Origin: an uncultured delta proteobacterium
GTDB taxonomy: Bacteria; Desulfobacterota; Desulfomonilia; Desulfomonilales; Desulfomonilaceae
Reading direction: 5' to 3'
Length of the DNA stretch: 64,000 bases
Assembly: GCA_963789265.1 (NCBI GenBank)
Contig: CAWBKB010000003.1
Span: 64,001-128,000 of the forward strand
Position 1 is the stretch's first letter; every line of letters begins with the position of its first letter. The position numbers were made by a program, and so were the translations under genes. The notes beneath the pieces were generated by a model. That model did no database searches. It worked only from the letters and a program-made list of their open reading frames with translations, and had not been told where the DNA came from. Below, piece after piece: positions 52,096-62,448 of this stretch.

Positions 52096-54291
52096 TTATG
52101 TCTTTTTCACTCTGACAATGATTTCGTTCGACATGCTGTGCCCGAGAACCGGCTCAAAGTACGTCGGCAGGAAGTCATTGTAAGAAATGCCGTATCCGAA
52201 CCCGGTGTGCAGATTTCTGGAGAAAACTCCGTAGCCGCTGGGAAGAAAGACGCACTCCGGATGAATACCTTCCGTCACTCTTGCCCTGGCCCTGCCCTTG
52301 CCTACTGACGAAGTTATCGTCATGCAGTCACCGTCTTTTATGCCCAGCGCTTTGGCTCTTTCCTTGTGAATCCACATTCTTCCCCAATCATTGAGCAGTG
52401 TGATCTCTTTTAGGTACGATTGGTTGATGGACTGTGCATGCGTTAGATGCGCCTGCTTGCCGTGAATGAGCCGGAAGGAGTGCGGATCGTTTATGTCCGG
52501 CGTCACAAGCGGCTCTTCCCACGTCGGGACTGCCGGAAGATTCAGGTCACGCAGTGTGGATGAAACGAATTCCAGTTTTCCGCTGGGTGTTTTGAATTTA
52601 GGATCGCCCGGCTTCCATTTCCCGCCCAGATCTATTACGCCCTCTTTCTTCAACTGCTTCAACGTTACGCCTGAAGGAGCCAGCGCCGCATTGTTCCAAT
52701 CCTCCAGAGTGAATTTGAAGTACTGTCCTATACCCAGATCTGGAGCCATTCCCCTAAGAATGTCCATGAGAGGCTTGGTATCGTACAAGGGTTTAATAAC
52801 AGCCTGCCTTATAGCCACCTGCTTAGTGTCGTAGCAATGATTCTTGTAGACTACGTCATCGCGTTCCAAATAAAGGGATTCAGGGAGTATGTAGTGAGAA
52901 ACGGAAGCCGTCTCGGACAGCACGTAATCGAAACTGACCAGGAGGTCCAACTTCCTGTACCCCTCGATAACTCTTGCAGGATTCGGATTCGTGCGCAAGG
53001 GATTGGTATGATAGACAAAACCAACTCTCAGCTTACCCTCAATAGCCAGCTCCGGTATGGCATGACACACGCCATGACCCGGAGGAGTTAGCGGATAACG
53101 CTCCGGATCCGCGCTTCCGTCTACCATTGAGCTTTCAATCTTCGGCGGCATGAGGAACTTCACAGGATCCAGCTTCCCTAACTTGACCTTTGGAGATTCA
53201 AACAGGCCACCGGATTGATTGTAATTACCCATGAGTCCGTTAAGGCAAGCCACAGCCCTGACGAGTTGCAAACTGTTCTTGTACTGAGTGCCCGTAGCGC
53301 CGTGATAACCGACATGGATGATGGACCTGGGCGCGGCCGCGCTCATCTCGCGTGCAAGCTCCACGATATCTCCCTGCGGCACCGAGGTTTTTTCTTCGGC
53401 CCACAAGGGAGTATACGGTTCCATCTGCGCGGCAAATTCATCGAACCCCTCGGTAAACTTTTCTACGAATGCTTGCTGATAGAGGTTCTCTTTGATCATC
53501 ACACGACCCAAGGCGAGCATCAATGCGAGGTCCGTACCCGGTCGAATTCGTATCCACCGATCCGCCATTGCTGCTGATTCACTGTAACGGGGGTCCACAG
53601 CCACAATGCGGGCTCCGTGATCGCGGCCTGAGGTTATCTCCCTGAGCTGTCTCAAATCCAAGCCCGCAGCAGGATTGCGCCCCAACAACATGATGACCCG
53701 TGCGTTCGCGAAGTCATGCTCAGGTTTGGCCGATCCAACGGTAAGCCACCATCCTATGTTTCTCGGCAGAAAACAGGTGGTAGCGTGCGAAAAGACGTTA
53801 GGCGAACCCAGCGCTCTCATAAAAAGATGCCCCAGAGCGGCATTCCCTTGCGGATGTTGAAGCCAAAAGAGGGACTCGGGACCATGTTGTCCGGAGATTT
53901 GCTTTACCCTTGTCCCGATTTCCTTGTAAGCTTGTTCCCAGGAGATCTTTTCAAACTTGTTGGGTCCTACCCGCTTGAGTGGCGACTTGATGCGATCCTT
54001 GTTGTAGACCTCGTGCAACATGCCGTGCCCTTTGGCGCACATGCGACCCTTGTTGCCACCCGCGATGGGGTTGCCTTCCGCCTTCCATATTCGGCCGCCA
54101 CGCGTGTAAACCTTGATCGCACACCAGTTGCCGCATCCGTCACAAAGAGTGGGAGTGATCTTAATTTCAGAGGCAATCTCCCGCTTCGATGCCCGTGCGC
54201 CGAAGCTCAGGTAGGAACCTGCAGCGAGAGAAGCTCCGCCGACAGCGGATCCAATAAGGAATTTTCTCCGGGTCATGCCTCGTTTTTCCAT
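52096..54291 (-). CDS. psrA: Thiosulfate/polysulfide reductase-like molybdopterin subunit
   Basis: Tat TRRKFL; CDGC.NWC..CAKG; HATTC Mo ligand region; no C-terminal extension. Confidence 0.85.
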   Translation of the reverse strand: MEKRGMTRRKFLIGSAVGGASLAAGSYLSFGARASKREIASEIKITPTLCDGCGNWCAIKVYTRGGRIWKAEGNPIAGGNKGRMCAKGHGMLHEVYNKDRIKSPLKRVGPNKFEKISWEQAYKEIGTRVKQISGQHGPESLFWLQHPQGNAALGHLFMRALGSPNVFSHATTCFLPRNIGWWLTVGSAKPEHDFANARVIMLLGRNPAAGLDLRQLREITSGRDHGARIVAVDPRYSESAAMADRWIRIRPGTDLALMLALGRVMIKENLYQQAFVEKFTEGFDEFAAQMEPYTPLWAEEKTSVPQGDIVELAREMSAAAPRSIIHVGYHGATGTQYKNSLQLVRAVACLNGLMGNYNQSGGLFESPKVKLGKLDPVKFLMPPKIESSMVDGSADPERYPLTPPGHGVCHAIPELAIEGKLRVGFVYHTNPLRTNPNPARVIEGYRKLDLLVSFDYVLSETASVSHYILPESLYLERDDVVYKNHCYDTKQVAIRQAVIKPLYDTKPLMDILRGMAPDLGIGQYFKFTLEDWNNAALAPSGVTLKQLKKEGVIDLGGKWKPGDPKFKTPSGKLEFVSSTLRDLNLPAVPTWEEPLVTPDINDPHSFRLIHGKQAHLTHAQSINQSYLKEITLLNDWGRMWIHKERAKALGIKDGDCMTITSSVGKGRARARVTEGIHPECVFLPSGYGVFSRNLHTGFGYGISYNDFLPTYFEPVLGHSMSNEIIVRVKKT

Positions 54292-54973
54292 GTTCCCTCC
54301 GTTGGGACGCAATCTTTAAATATGAGGATATTTGAATATCAATATTATGTCAAGGAATTTCTCTGCCGGGAAACAAAAAAACTTCGGCCAAGAACCGAAC
54401 AACAGCGCCGCTCATCTCACAAAAAGCAGATCAGAGCCGATTGATGTATGATCGGGACCATCAAGCTAGAGGAGGCTGACCATCGTGGTTAAATTGCTTT
54501 AATGTGCTGTACTATACAGCCAGAGCCAACGTAGCGACGATGTTACACTTTTTGTGTGCCCTTTAGACCAATTCGCCTCAAGCAAGTGACGCCGGGCCCC
54601 GAGTAGAGAGGGGTTCATAGTCTTCGGCAAAAATAATGTCTCTCTGGCTGTACGATGCGGAAAATTCTAACGGTGCACCGTGATGGGCGTTTCACCGTCA
54701 TTTCCGCGCACACGGTCCCGCGCGACGCGGGACAGACTGGTCCCTGGATCGGAGTCCGGGGTGACCCCGCGGAACGCGGGGCAAATTGGGCAAGACTTTG
54801 GCAACTGCTGTAAAATCCGCCCCTGCGCCAACTCTTCGAAATTATGTGCCACGGATGACCAAAAGGACGTGATTTTGGGTAATTAAAATAAAAGCACAAT
54901 GGGGAGATCCCGAATTTCCGAGAGAACTCTGCCTTCGAGCGCGTCAATTCCTTCGTCTCAAATCCGCATAGCA

Positions 54974-55981
54974 TTATTGCTGTCTGAAATGATCCCAACC
55001 GCGTGCGCTCAAATCTTCCCGGCTGCCATCAATTCGTACCAATTCGATTCCGCGGCCGGGAACAAATTCTCCTATGGGGAACAACCTCCTCCCCTGCCCT
55101 TCAAAATCCTTCTCAAGTTTCCCTAACAATTCCGGCTTGATCGCAGCGAGGAGAACGTAATCTTCCCCGCCGTTCACCACCCAACCCAGGGGGTCTGCTC
55201 CCATGATCGCCGCGGCACGAGCCATTGCTTCCCCGATAGGAAGCTGAGCCTCATGCACAACCGCGCCCACTCCCGAATCGCGGCAGATATGGCCCAGATC
55301 GGAGGAGATTCCATCAGAGACGTCGATAGCTGCCGTGCAAGCGCGGGATCTTGCCAGCAACCGGCCTTCCCTGATATGTGCGCGAGGCTTGAGATGGGAC
55401 GCCAGCAGAGGCCGCGCTATTTCCGGATCAACGTCCGGCGAACGCAAAAGAATCTCCAGGCCTGCTGCCGATCCCCCTGTGGGTCCGGTGAGCACTATGA
55501 TGTCACCCGCACGGGCAGTGTGGCGGAATAGAACTTCGTCGCGAGGGACTACGCCGGTCACTGCGACATTTATCACGAAGTCGCCTTTGGAGCCGGTGGT
55601 GTCTCCACCGAGAAGATTGACGTCAACGGTTCGGGCAAGCTCCGCCATTCCCCGGTACAGACCATCGAGCCATTCCAGGTCAATTCTTTCGGGAACGGCG
55701 AGGCTGACAAAAGCGTCTCGCGGTATGCCTCCGCATGCAGCGATATCCGAGAGATTTGCCGTGAGGGCTTTTGCACCGATCACCTCCGGAGGCGCCCAAT
55801 GCATTAAAAAGTGTACTCTTTCTATCAGGAGATCGGTAGTTATCAGCAGGTGCTCAGGTCCCCCGATTGAGATGACCGCGCAGTCATCCCCGATCCCCTT
55901 TACCACCCCCTCGGTCCGGAAAATACCCAGGGGAGCAATTCGGTCGATGAAGCCGAATTCTCCTATCTCTTTTAATTTCAG
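54974..55981 (-). CDS. thiL: Thiamine-monophosphate kinase (apparent CTG start)
   Basis: IGEFGFI, GIGDDCA, NLSDIAACGG, GGDT, IDVSDG, GGEDY, GWDHF. Confidence 0.93.
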   Translation of the reverse strand: MKLKEIGEFGFIDRIAPLGIFRTEGVVKGIGDDCAVISIGGPEHLLITTDLLIERVHFLMHWAPPEVIGAKALTANLSDIAACGGIPRDAFVSLAVPERIDLEWLDGLYRGMAELARTVDVNLLGGDTTGSKGDFVINVAVTGVVPRDEVLFRHTARAGDIIVLTGPTGGSAAGLEILLRSPDVDPEIARPLLASHLKPRAHIREGRLLARSRACTAAIDVSDGISSDLGHICRDSGVGAVVHEAQLPIGEAMARAAAIMGADPLGWVVNGGEDYVLLAAIKPELLGKLEKDFEGQGRRLFPIGEFVPGRGIELVRIDGSREDLSARGWDHFRQQ

Positions 55982-56226
55982 GAGAGGACTCCTTTTATGC
56001 GCACTCTTTCCTAACTCCGGTCATGTATTTTGATGTGGACGATGTTCAAAGCCCTAACCTGCTTCCGGTAGGACCGGCCTCCGTGCCGGCCGTGGGTGTC
56101 AGTGACCGGCACGGAGGCCGGTCCTACTTTGCAAGTGGCATCGCATTTATGAAACGCTTTAATAATCAGACAAAACTTGCAATAACGACATCCGAGTTAG
56201 CAGATCTCTTTTCAACCGTGATCGGG

Positions 56227-57231
56227 TCAAGGCTTTTCCGGGCTTGAAAATCCCCGAGCCTCAGCGACCGCTCCCGTTGCAGGCCGTCGCGAACGTCTCC
56301 GCGAGGGCTTACGCCGCCACTTTCTATGAAGCCAGAAGCCCTGTTCGGGACTGATGCGTATCCACTGCTCGAACAGGTCGTGAAACTGCTGGCTGACGGT
56401 CGTGAGATCGAGTCGCTGATCCCCGCTGAGTTGGATGCGGACCTCTTCACCGAATATACTCTGATATCGGCCATCGTTCCGGCGGTATGTGCACAGAGGC
56501 AGGATGCGAGCCTCCCCATCAATGGCAAGCCTGGCGAACACCTCATTGGCAGGCGCCTGAGTCCCGAAGAAATCGACAAATATCCCTCTCTCCGGATCGC
56601 CCCTTTGGTCGGCCAAGAAAGCTACCATTTCTCCATCACGGAGAAACTGGATCATATTTTTCACAATGCCCTTGTGAGGAAACGTTTTGATGGCAGTTTC
56701 TTCTCCGCCTCGACTGAAAAGGTAGCGGGAGAGAAATGGATTCTTGAGTGGAGTCATGATGAGGTTCAATCGGATTCCAAGGAATTTTATAGTGGCCGCG
56801 CTGACCTCGAAGCAGCCGAAGTGCGAGTTTAAAAGACAGATGCCGTCCTTTCCGGGCATCATGGCCAAATTATGCGGAAGCCTTCCCTCGATAACTATGC
56901 GTTCTGCCATCTCCTTTTGGGTCCATCGCCTTATCCGGAGGAACTCCACTGCCAGCAGACCCACGTGCTCGAAACTCTTGCGAGCCGTCTCCACAATCCA
57001 TTTGCGAGAGTGCTCGCGGCCGAACGCAATGGAAAGGTTTTCAATGGCGGCTTCGCGGCGGTCGGAGAAAAGGACGTATACCAATCTCCCGACGAATCGA
57101 CCGAATGCCAAAGCGGCGGATTCTGGAAGATGGTTGAGAACTTCTTCCAGGAGACGTACCAGAAGAAAGGTGGCGTAATCAATAAAGAAACTAAATTTCA
57201 GTTGTTGTTTCGCATTGCGTTGGATGTTCAT
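56227..57231 (-). CDS. LpxL/HtrB-family lipid A acyltransferase
   Basis: SHFG.FE, LADQ, FFG, PEQ.FWLHRKW. Confidence 0.88.
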   Translation of the reverse strand: MNIQRNAKQQLKFSFFIDYATFLLVRLLEEVLNHLPESAALAFGRFVGRLVYVLFSDRREAAIENLSIAFGREHSRKWIVETARKSFEHVGLLAVEFLRIRRWTQKEMAERIVIEGRLPHNLAMMPGKDGICLLNSHFGCFEVSAATIKFLGIRLNLIMTPLKNPFLSRYLFSRGGEETAIKTFPHKGIVKNMIQFLRDGEMVAFLADQRGDPERGIFVDFFGTQAPANEVFARLAIDGEARILPLCTYRRNDGRYQSIFGEEVRIQLSGDQRLDLTTVSQQFHDLFEQWIRISPEQGFWLHRKWRRKPSRRRSRRPATGAVAEARGFSSPEKP

Positions 57232-58889
57232 TCGGAAACCGTTTCATTTGGTGACGATACGCGCACGGTCGTGACTTCGACAAGCTTCACCTTGCCTTTT
57301 AAGCCTTTCAATGCCCGGGATCCCACTTTTTGCAGCGAAAACAGGTCCAGGTCCCGAATCTGATCGTAAGTCTCCGGACCTATGAGGACCTGGTCCGGGT
57401 CAGCCGCCTGGCAAATCTTTGAGGCAAGATTCACGGCGTGTCCCAGGACTGTGTAATCCATGCGCTCGTCAGACCCGAAGTTCCCGACGATGGCATTGCC
57501 AGTGTTAATACCATAACGGACCTGAAAACGCAGCTCCGGGTCCAATTTCTTTACTTTCTGAACCAGCCTCTCGCGTATACGCAACGCCGAACGGACAGCC
57601 CTGGCAGGCGCATCTTCTTGTGGAAAGGGTGCGCCGAATATTGCCATTGCAGCATCTCCGATAAACTTATCCAGGGTCCCTTGCTCGTGGAACACCACCT
57701 CGTTGACCACCATACAGAAAAGATTGAGGATCTGCTGGAGCTGTCGTGGACTACAGGTTTCACAAAGGGTGGTAAATCCGACTATGTCGCAAAAGAAGAT
57801 AGTAGCGACTGTTTCTCTCACTTGGAGGTCGGCTTCGCCTTCGAGGATGAGGTCGACCACCTGGGATGAATGGAAGCGACTCAGATTCTGGCGTATAACC
57901 GCACGTTTTATCGCTTCCTCGTTGAGTTGTTCGGTGAGCTTCCAGCGCTGTATCGCCAGTGCCGCCTGATGCCCGATGGCGGTCAGCAAATCCAGGTCTT
58001 CAGGCTGATAACCAGCGGTAATATCAAGGCAGTCGACATAGAGGACCCCTAGAATCGTCCGGTCTTCCCAGATTGGAGCTGCAATTACCGACCGAATCCC
58101 GTCAATTACTACACTGTCTCCCATCTCGAATCGTGGATCTTCCAGCGCATTGTCGGTGAGAATGGCCACTCGATCATCCAAAATGCGGTTTATAATCGTG
58201 TTGCTTACCGGTCTAATATTCCCTTCTTCCGCCGCGGATCGTTCCTTCCTGGGCACCGGCACCCCTTCCTCTTCTCTTAGCAGTATCGTGGCCTGAGAAG
58301 GTGAGAAGATATCGAAGATCTGATCCATTACATAATCTAGGATTTCATCAAGGTCTTTGGTAGCCACGAGTTCTTCGGTGATTCGGTAAAGAGTAAGGAG
58401 GTTGCGGTTCAGATGTTCCCTCCTGACCCTGGTGGGAACCCGTCTGATGCTCTCCGTAGCCTCGGAGAGATAGCTTCTGATCATGCCGAGCGGCTTGAGT
58501 ATTCTTTCTGTCTCCTGTTTGTGGACGAAAGGTTCATTGCCGAGGCGGGTCATGTCCAAGATCTGAGTTTGGGCTAGCCCCGGAGAAATCTCGGGCGTCC
58601 CGATTGGACGAAATAGGAGCCTGAACGGACCTATTTGAATAACATCTCCTCCTTTTATATGCCGCCTGTTCTTGATTTTGCGGCCGTTAACCCAGGTCCC
58701 GTTCCTGCTCTCAAGATCCTTTACAATGAACCTTTTCCCCTCGCTGAGGATCATGCAATGGTTTCTGGAAACCATGCTGTCAACCAGGCGCAGATCACAT
58801 CTCTCGTGACGGCCCACGAGTGTCTGATGACCCGTAAAGCCCTCTTCGACCTCTTTGCCGTCGGGACGGATGATCACAAGATTGAACAT
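57228..58889 (-). CDS. FHA-GAF-class III adenylate/guanylate cyclase
   Basis: GR..SR.H..D..SRNGT; IRSVIAAP..LGVLYVD; FCDIVGFT, DKFIGDA, YTVLG.AVNLAS. Confidence 0.92.
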   Translation of the reverse strand: MFNLVIIRPDGKEVEEGFTGHQTLVGRHERCDLRLVDSMVSRNHCMILSEGKRFIVKDLESRNGTWVNGRKIKNRRHIKGGDVIQIGPFRLLFRPIGTPEISPGLAQTQILDMTRLGNEPFVHKQETERILKPLGMIRSYLSEATESIRRVPTRVRREHLNRNLLTLYRITEELVATKDLDEILDYVMDQIFDIFSPSQATILLREEEGVPVPRKERSAAEEGNIRPVSNTIINRILDDRVAILTDNALEDPRFEMGDSVVIDGIRSVIAAPIWEDRTILGVLYVDCLDITAGYQPEDLDLLTAIGHQAALAIQRWKLTEQLNEEAIKRAVIRQNLSRFHSSQVVDLILEGEADLQVRETVATIFFCDIVGFTTLCETCSPRQLQQILNLFCMVVNEVVFHEQGTLDKFIGDAAMAIFGAPFPQEDAPARAVRSALRIRERLVQKVKKLDPELRFQVRYGINTGNAIVGNFGSDERMDYTVLGHAVNLASKICQAADPDQVLIGPETYDQIRDLDLFSLQKVGSRALKGLKGKVKLVEVTTVRVSSPNETVSE

Positions 58890-58914
58890 TATAATCTGCC
58901 GAAATGAAGCAAAA

Positions 58915-59280
58915 TCAACCAAAGGCAACGGCTTCTATAAGCTTGAGCAAGTTCTGCTTAGATTCATCACTTATTCTCGCGATTTCAAAACCCGAAACAT
59001 AATAGCCTTGCGGATTTTCTCTTCTGGTCCACCGACAGACGGCTTCGAAGATCAGAGGCGCTCCTTTAACATAATCCGATGCCTGGATGATAAGAGTCTT
59101 GGTTGCGTCTACATCTACCTTGACGCCGAATAGCTGAATCCCTGTTTCGTTGATATCTTGTACAAGCCCTATGAACCTCTTCGTCTCTGCGTCGTAAGCG
59201 GGGATCTTGAAGAGCACGTACTTTCTCTTGGACTTTCGACGATCTTCTACCACCGACCCCGTCGGATTCTCGTCGCTCAT
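58915..59280 (-). CDS. Stand-alone PilZ domain protein
   Basis: DRRKSKR, DINETG, V.W, GFE. Confidence 0.85.
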   Translation of the reverse strand: MSDENPTGSVVEDRRKSKRKYVLFKIPAYDAETKRFIGLVQDINETGIQLFGVKVDVDATKTLIIQASDYVKGAPLIFEAVCRWTRRENPQGYYVSGFEIARISDESKQNLLKLIEAVAFG

Positions 59281-59424
59281 ATTTCTCTCCCCAGGGCTAT
59301 GCACTCCAACCGAGAGCCGGCCATGATTGCTTCCAGGTACTGCTTTTCCGACTTAGACCGTGACGTAGCACAACACTTGGCTTCACTAGCTTTACCGCAC
59401 ATTGACGGCCTGCGCTCTTGAACG

Positions 59425-60690
59425 CTAGCCGCGTTTTGCTGTTCCCTGTTTCCCTGCAAGTTTGCGAGCATTTTCTTTCAGGGTATTCTGAAGTATCCGG
59501 TTAACTGAACGGCTGACAAGAAACCTGAACGATCGGATCAGGTTTTCAGGATCTCCCGATTTGCCCAGCCGTTTCGCAAGAGACCGGCCGGCCTTAGCTA
59601 TTGTAGTAGCATGGCGTTCAACAAGCCGTGAGAAAGCATCCGCGTCTTTTACTTCAAGCTCGCTTAGGATAGGAGGTCTACGATCAGCCAGCCCTTCGGC
59701 CTTCCTGACCGCGGACTTATATTTCTCATACCGGGTGACGATCTGGTGAAAAGCAACCAAAGGATCATCCTCAGAAGAGGACAACTTCCTATCCAGATAG
59801 TCGGTAACCTCCATCAAAAAGCGGACAGACTGGGGGTGTGCCCGAGACATACGCTTCACGATGTATTCCAGGACTACTTTCATCGCTAGTGCTGCGAAAT
59901 CGACCGTCACATTGTCCTGGTAATGAGCGCGCACCCTTTGAAGCTCATGAGCCAACGCGCTCACCGATCGCTTTGAGATTTCCCATTCCAAAGTAAGAAT
60001 GGTCTCCTGTAGTTTCCGCAGGGGAAATTTGTCGGCAACCTGAAGCGAAGGTCTTCGGGCACTTGTAATCCTCTCAGAAGCATTCACCGGTGCTTGTTCG
60101 ACCGTTTGATCGGCTTGGACCGTTTCCCTGAAGAGCGTGTGCATGTGGCGTGAGATCTCTTTGGCCACAACATCATCATAAGCAATCCCGAACCGAGGGG
60201 AAGCCGCCGTGGAGGTATCCGGAACAGTCGGGCTTCTCCGGGTCGCCGAATCTGTGCGAGCATCAGCAATGTCCCTGACTTCTCGATAATCTGTGAACTG
60301 TTCTTCTTCAGTTCTCGATTCAGCCACTCTTACATCCAACTGAGCGGTTTCAGGGGGAGGAGTTTCAGGTTGCTCCACAAAAAGCGTATCCACCGCCAAG
60401 TCTATCGCCCAGTCAGTTTCTTGGTCCCCCGAGGTGGCAGGAGGGGCCGCCCCTTTGTATGCCGTCATGAAAAGCGTATCGACAGCTTCTTCAAAGGAGG
60501 GGAGATCGGTCGTCGGCTTCGAGGGATTTTGCACCGAGGACGAATGAGCCCGACCGCGACTTTCGGGGCTGGTTGCGAGATTCTCCTCTGCCGGGGTGGG
60601 CGCCTCTACAAAAAACGTATCAACGGCCCTTTCTATGAGCTGGTCCAGATCATTCGATTCGTCTTGCTTGGACATGAACTTGTAAGCCAC
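59425..60690 (-). CDS. Hypothetical protein downstream of mglA
   Basis: 421-aa ORF; three AVDT(L/F)F repeats; helical C-terminal domain IL.LEWEI. Confidence 0.8.
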   Translation of the reverse strand: MAYKFMSKQDESNDLDQLIERAVDTFFVEAPTPAEENLATSPESRGRAHSSSVQNPSKPTTDLPSFEEAVDTLFMTAYKGAAPPATSGDQETDWAIDLAVDTLFVEQPETPPPETAQLDVRVAESRTEEEQFTDYREVRDIADARTDSATRRSPTVPDTSTAASPRFGIAYDDVVAKEISRHMHTLFRETVQADQTVEQAPVNASERITSARRPSLQVADKFPLRKLQETILTLEWEISKRSVSALAHELQRVRAHYQDNVTVDFAALAMKVVLEYIVKRMSRAHPQSVRFLMEVTDYLDRKLSSSEDDPLVAFHQIVTRYEKYKSAVRKAEGLADRRPPILSELEVKDADAFSRLVERHATTIAKAGRSLAKRLGKSGDPENLIRSFRFLVSRSVNRILQNTLKENARKLAGKQGTAKRG

Positions 60691-60695
60691 GGCTC

Positions 60696-61310
60696 CTAAG
60701 CTCTGAGTTTATAATGGACTGATTTAATCGTGATTTTGCTAACTTCTCGCAACGTCTCAAAAACACCTGTGCCTTGCAGAGCGCTGGCCATAATAACGGG
60801 CGCGGAGTGCTTGAGCATCGAGGTCAAGTCCTGCTCCATGGTTTCTTTGGACAAAACCGGAATGACGCTCCCTTCAAGATCCCTTTTGTTAAACTGAAGA
60901 ACAAGAGGCAGCTCATCCAGGTCCAAATTGTCCCCGGCCAGGTTCTCACGCAGATTCTGAAGGCTCTCTCTGTTGGATGCCTGTTGCACCTCCATTGAAT
61001 CCGCAACAAAAACGACTCCGTCTACGCCCTTCAGAACCATTCTCCTGCTTTCGTTATAGAGGACTTGCCCGGGGACCGTATAAAGCTGCACTCTTATGCT
61101 GAAATCTCTAATTTTCCCCAAGGTTAGTGGAAGGAAGTCGAAGAAAAGCGTTTTGTCACCCCTGGTGTCTATCGAAATCATCTTGCCCATGAACTGGGCG
61201 CTCATCTTTTGATTCACGTAAAGCAAGTTTGTGGTCTTCCCGCACCTCCCCGGCCCGTAGTAGACGATTTTGACCTGGATTTCCTTCGCGCTCTTATTGA
61301 TAAACGCCAT
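60696..61310 (-). CDS. mglA: MglA small GTPase
   Basis: KIVYYGPG..GKTTNL, TLFFDFLP, LYTVPGQV.Y..R, NKRDL. Confidence 0.95.
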   Translation of the reverse strand: MAFINKSAKEIQVKIVYYGPGRCGKTTNLLYVNQKMSAQFMGKMISIDTRGDKTLFFDFLPLTLGKIRDFSIRVQLYTVPGQVLYNESRRMVLKGVDGVVFVADSMEVQQASNRESLQNLRENLAGDNLDLDELPLVLQFNKRDLEGSVIPVLSKETMEQDLTSMLKHSAPVIMASALQGTGVFETLREVSKITIKSVHYKLRA

Positions 61311-61311
61311 G

Positions 61312-62148
61312 TCATGCCTCCCTTTTCGGGAGTTTTTTCTCGAGCACCAGCGACACCTCGGCGATTTTCAGGCGCAATAGCCCGAGAGACAATGTGTTAC
61401 TGAAGATGGTGACAATTATGTACTCTGATCCTACTCGGCTGAAGTGGAATGATTCGTTATGCCCTTTATAAAATAGGAGGACAAAATCCCTCTCCCCTAT
61501 GAGGCGCGCGATCTGTTCGGTAGCTGCAAAGTTAGCCGCGGCCACGGCGGCCAGAGAGACAGCGTCTAACTCAACCTTGTCGCCTATTTGTAAGATCAAC
61601 GAGCCGGCCGTGTCGATGATCATAAGCGACGAAATCCCTTCGGTCATGATCTCGCGCGATAGGAATTCCCTTACGTCGTTCAATATCTCCACATTGACAA
61701 TAATATCCGCGCTGCGTCCCGTCTTGATTCTTTCGACTTTGTCCAACTCCTGTTCCAGGACGGCTTTGTCCAGAAAACTGTCTCGAGCGGCCACAGCTCT
61801 TGGTCCTGCAAGCTGTTCCAGCCGCATTAGGCTGGATGCAAAAGAATCGACCAGCATAGAGTCCTGTGGCCCTGCTTTGGTGAGCGCTTGAAGCATTTCG
61901 GAGTGAGGGCTCAGTCGATCTTTCAGGTCCTTGTTTCCTAGGTGGTCTGCGGCCGAGATTAGAAGACCGAGCACCCTCTCCACTTTTAGGACAGATTTGG
62001 AATAATCACCCGGTTGTGCCTGGAAGTCCTGCATCAGACTTCGGGCATTATCTATATATGCCCACAGAAAGGCGGGCAGCTTCCCAAGGATCTCGACTTC
62101 CGCAGAGCCTTTAAAGATGTCGTCAGAACCTAGATCGTGTGACGTCAT
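61312..62148 (-). CDS. mglB: MglB roadblock protein with ~150-aa N-terminal extension
   Basis: SLAAVAAANFAAT..IARLIGE..F..L...G, SLGLLRL. Confidence 0.88.
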   Translation of the reverse strand: MTSHDLGSDDIFKGSAEVEILGKLPAFLWAYIDNARSLMQDFQAQPGDYSKSVLKVERVLGLLISAADHLGNKDLKDRLSPHSEMLQALTKAGPQDSMLVDSFASSLMRLEQLAGPRAVAARDSFLDKAVLEQELDKVERIKTGRSADIIVNVEILNDVREFLSREIMTEGISSLMIIDTAGSLILQIGDKVELDAVSLAAVAAANFAATEQIARLIGERDFVLLFYKGHNESFHFSRVGSEYIIVTIFSNTLSLGLLRLKIAEVSLVLEKKLPKREA

Positions 62149-62448
62149 TGCCTTTCAGTCCTCTATTTGGAAAGATGCATCGGACATGGGTAAGCATAGT
62201 ATGCAGTCTATCAGTGACTGGAAATATCAGATTGATCCCTTGCACAAAATGCTGCTTCGAGCGGCGGCTCTTCATGGCAAAAGAAAACTCTTCTACACAA
62301 GAGGCCCCTCAGTACGACCCGGATCAAACATTAGCACATTATAAGCTTTTTTTGGAGGGTTAATCGGGAAATGTCCATGATTTTCTCTTCATTAGATACG
62401 TAGCTACCCTGCGAGATTCGAACTTCCGGCAGAAGAGAATGTCATAAT

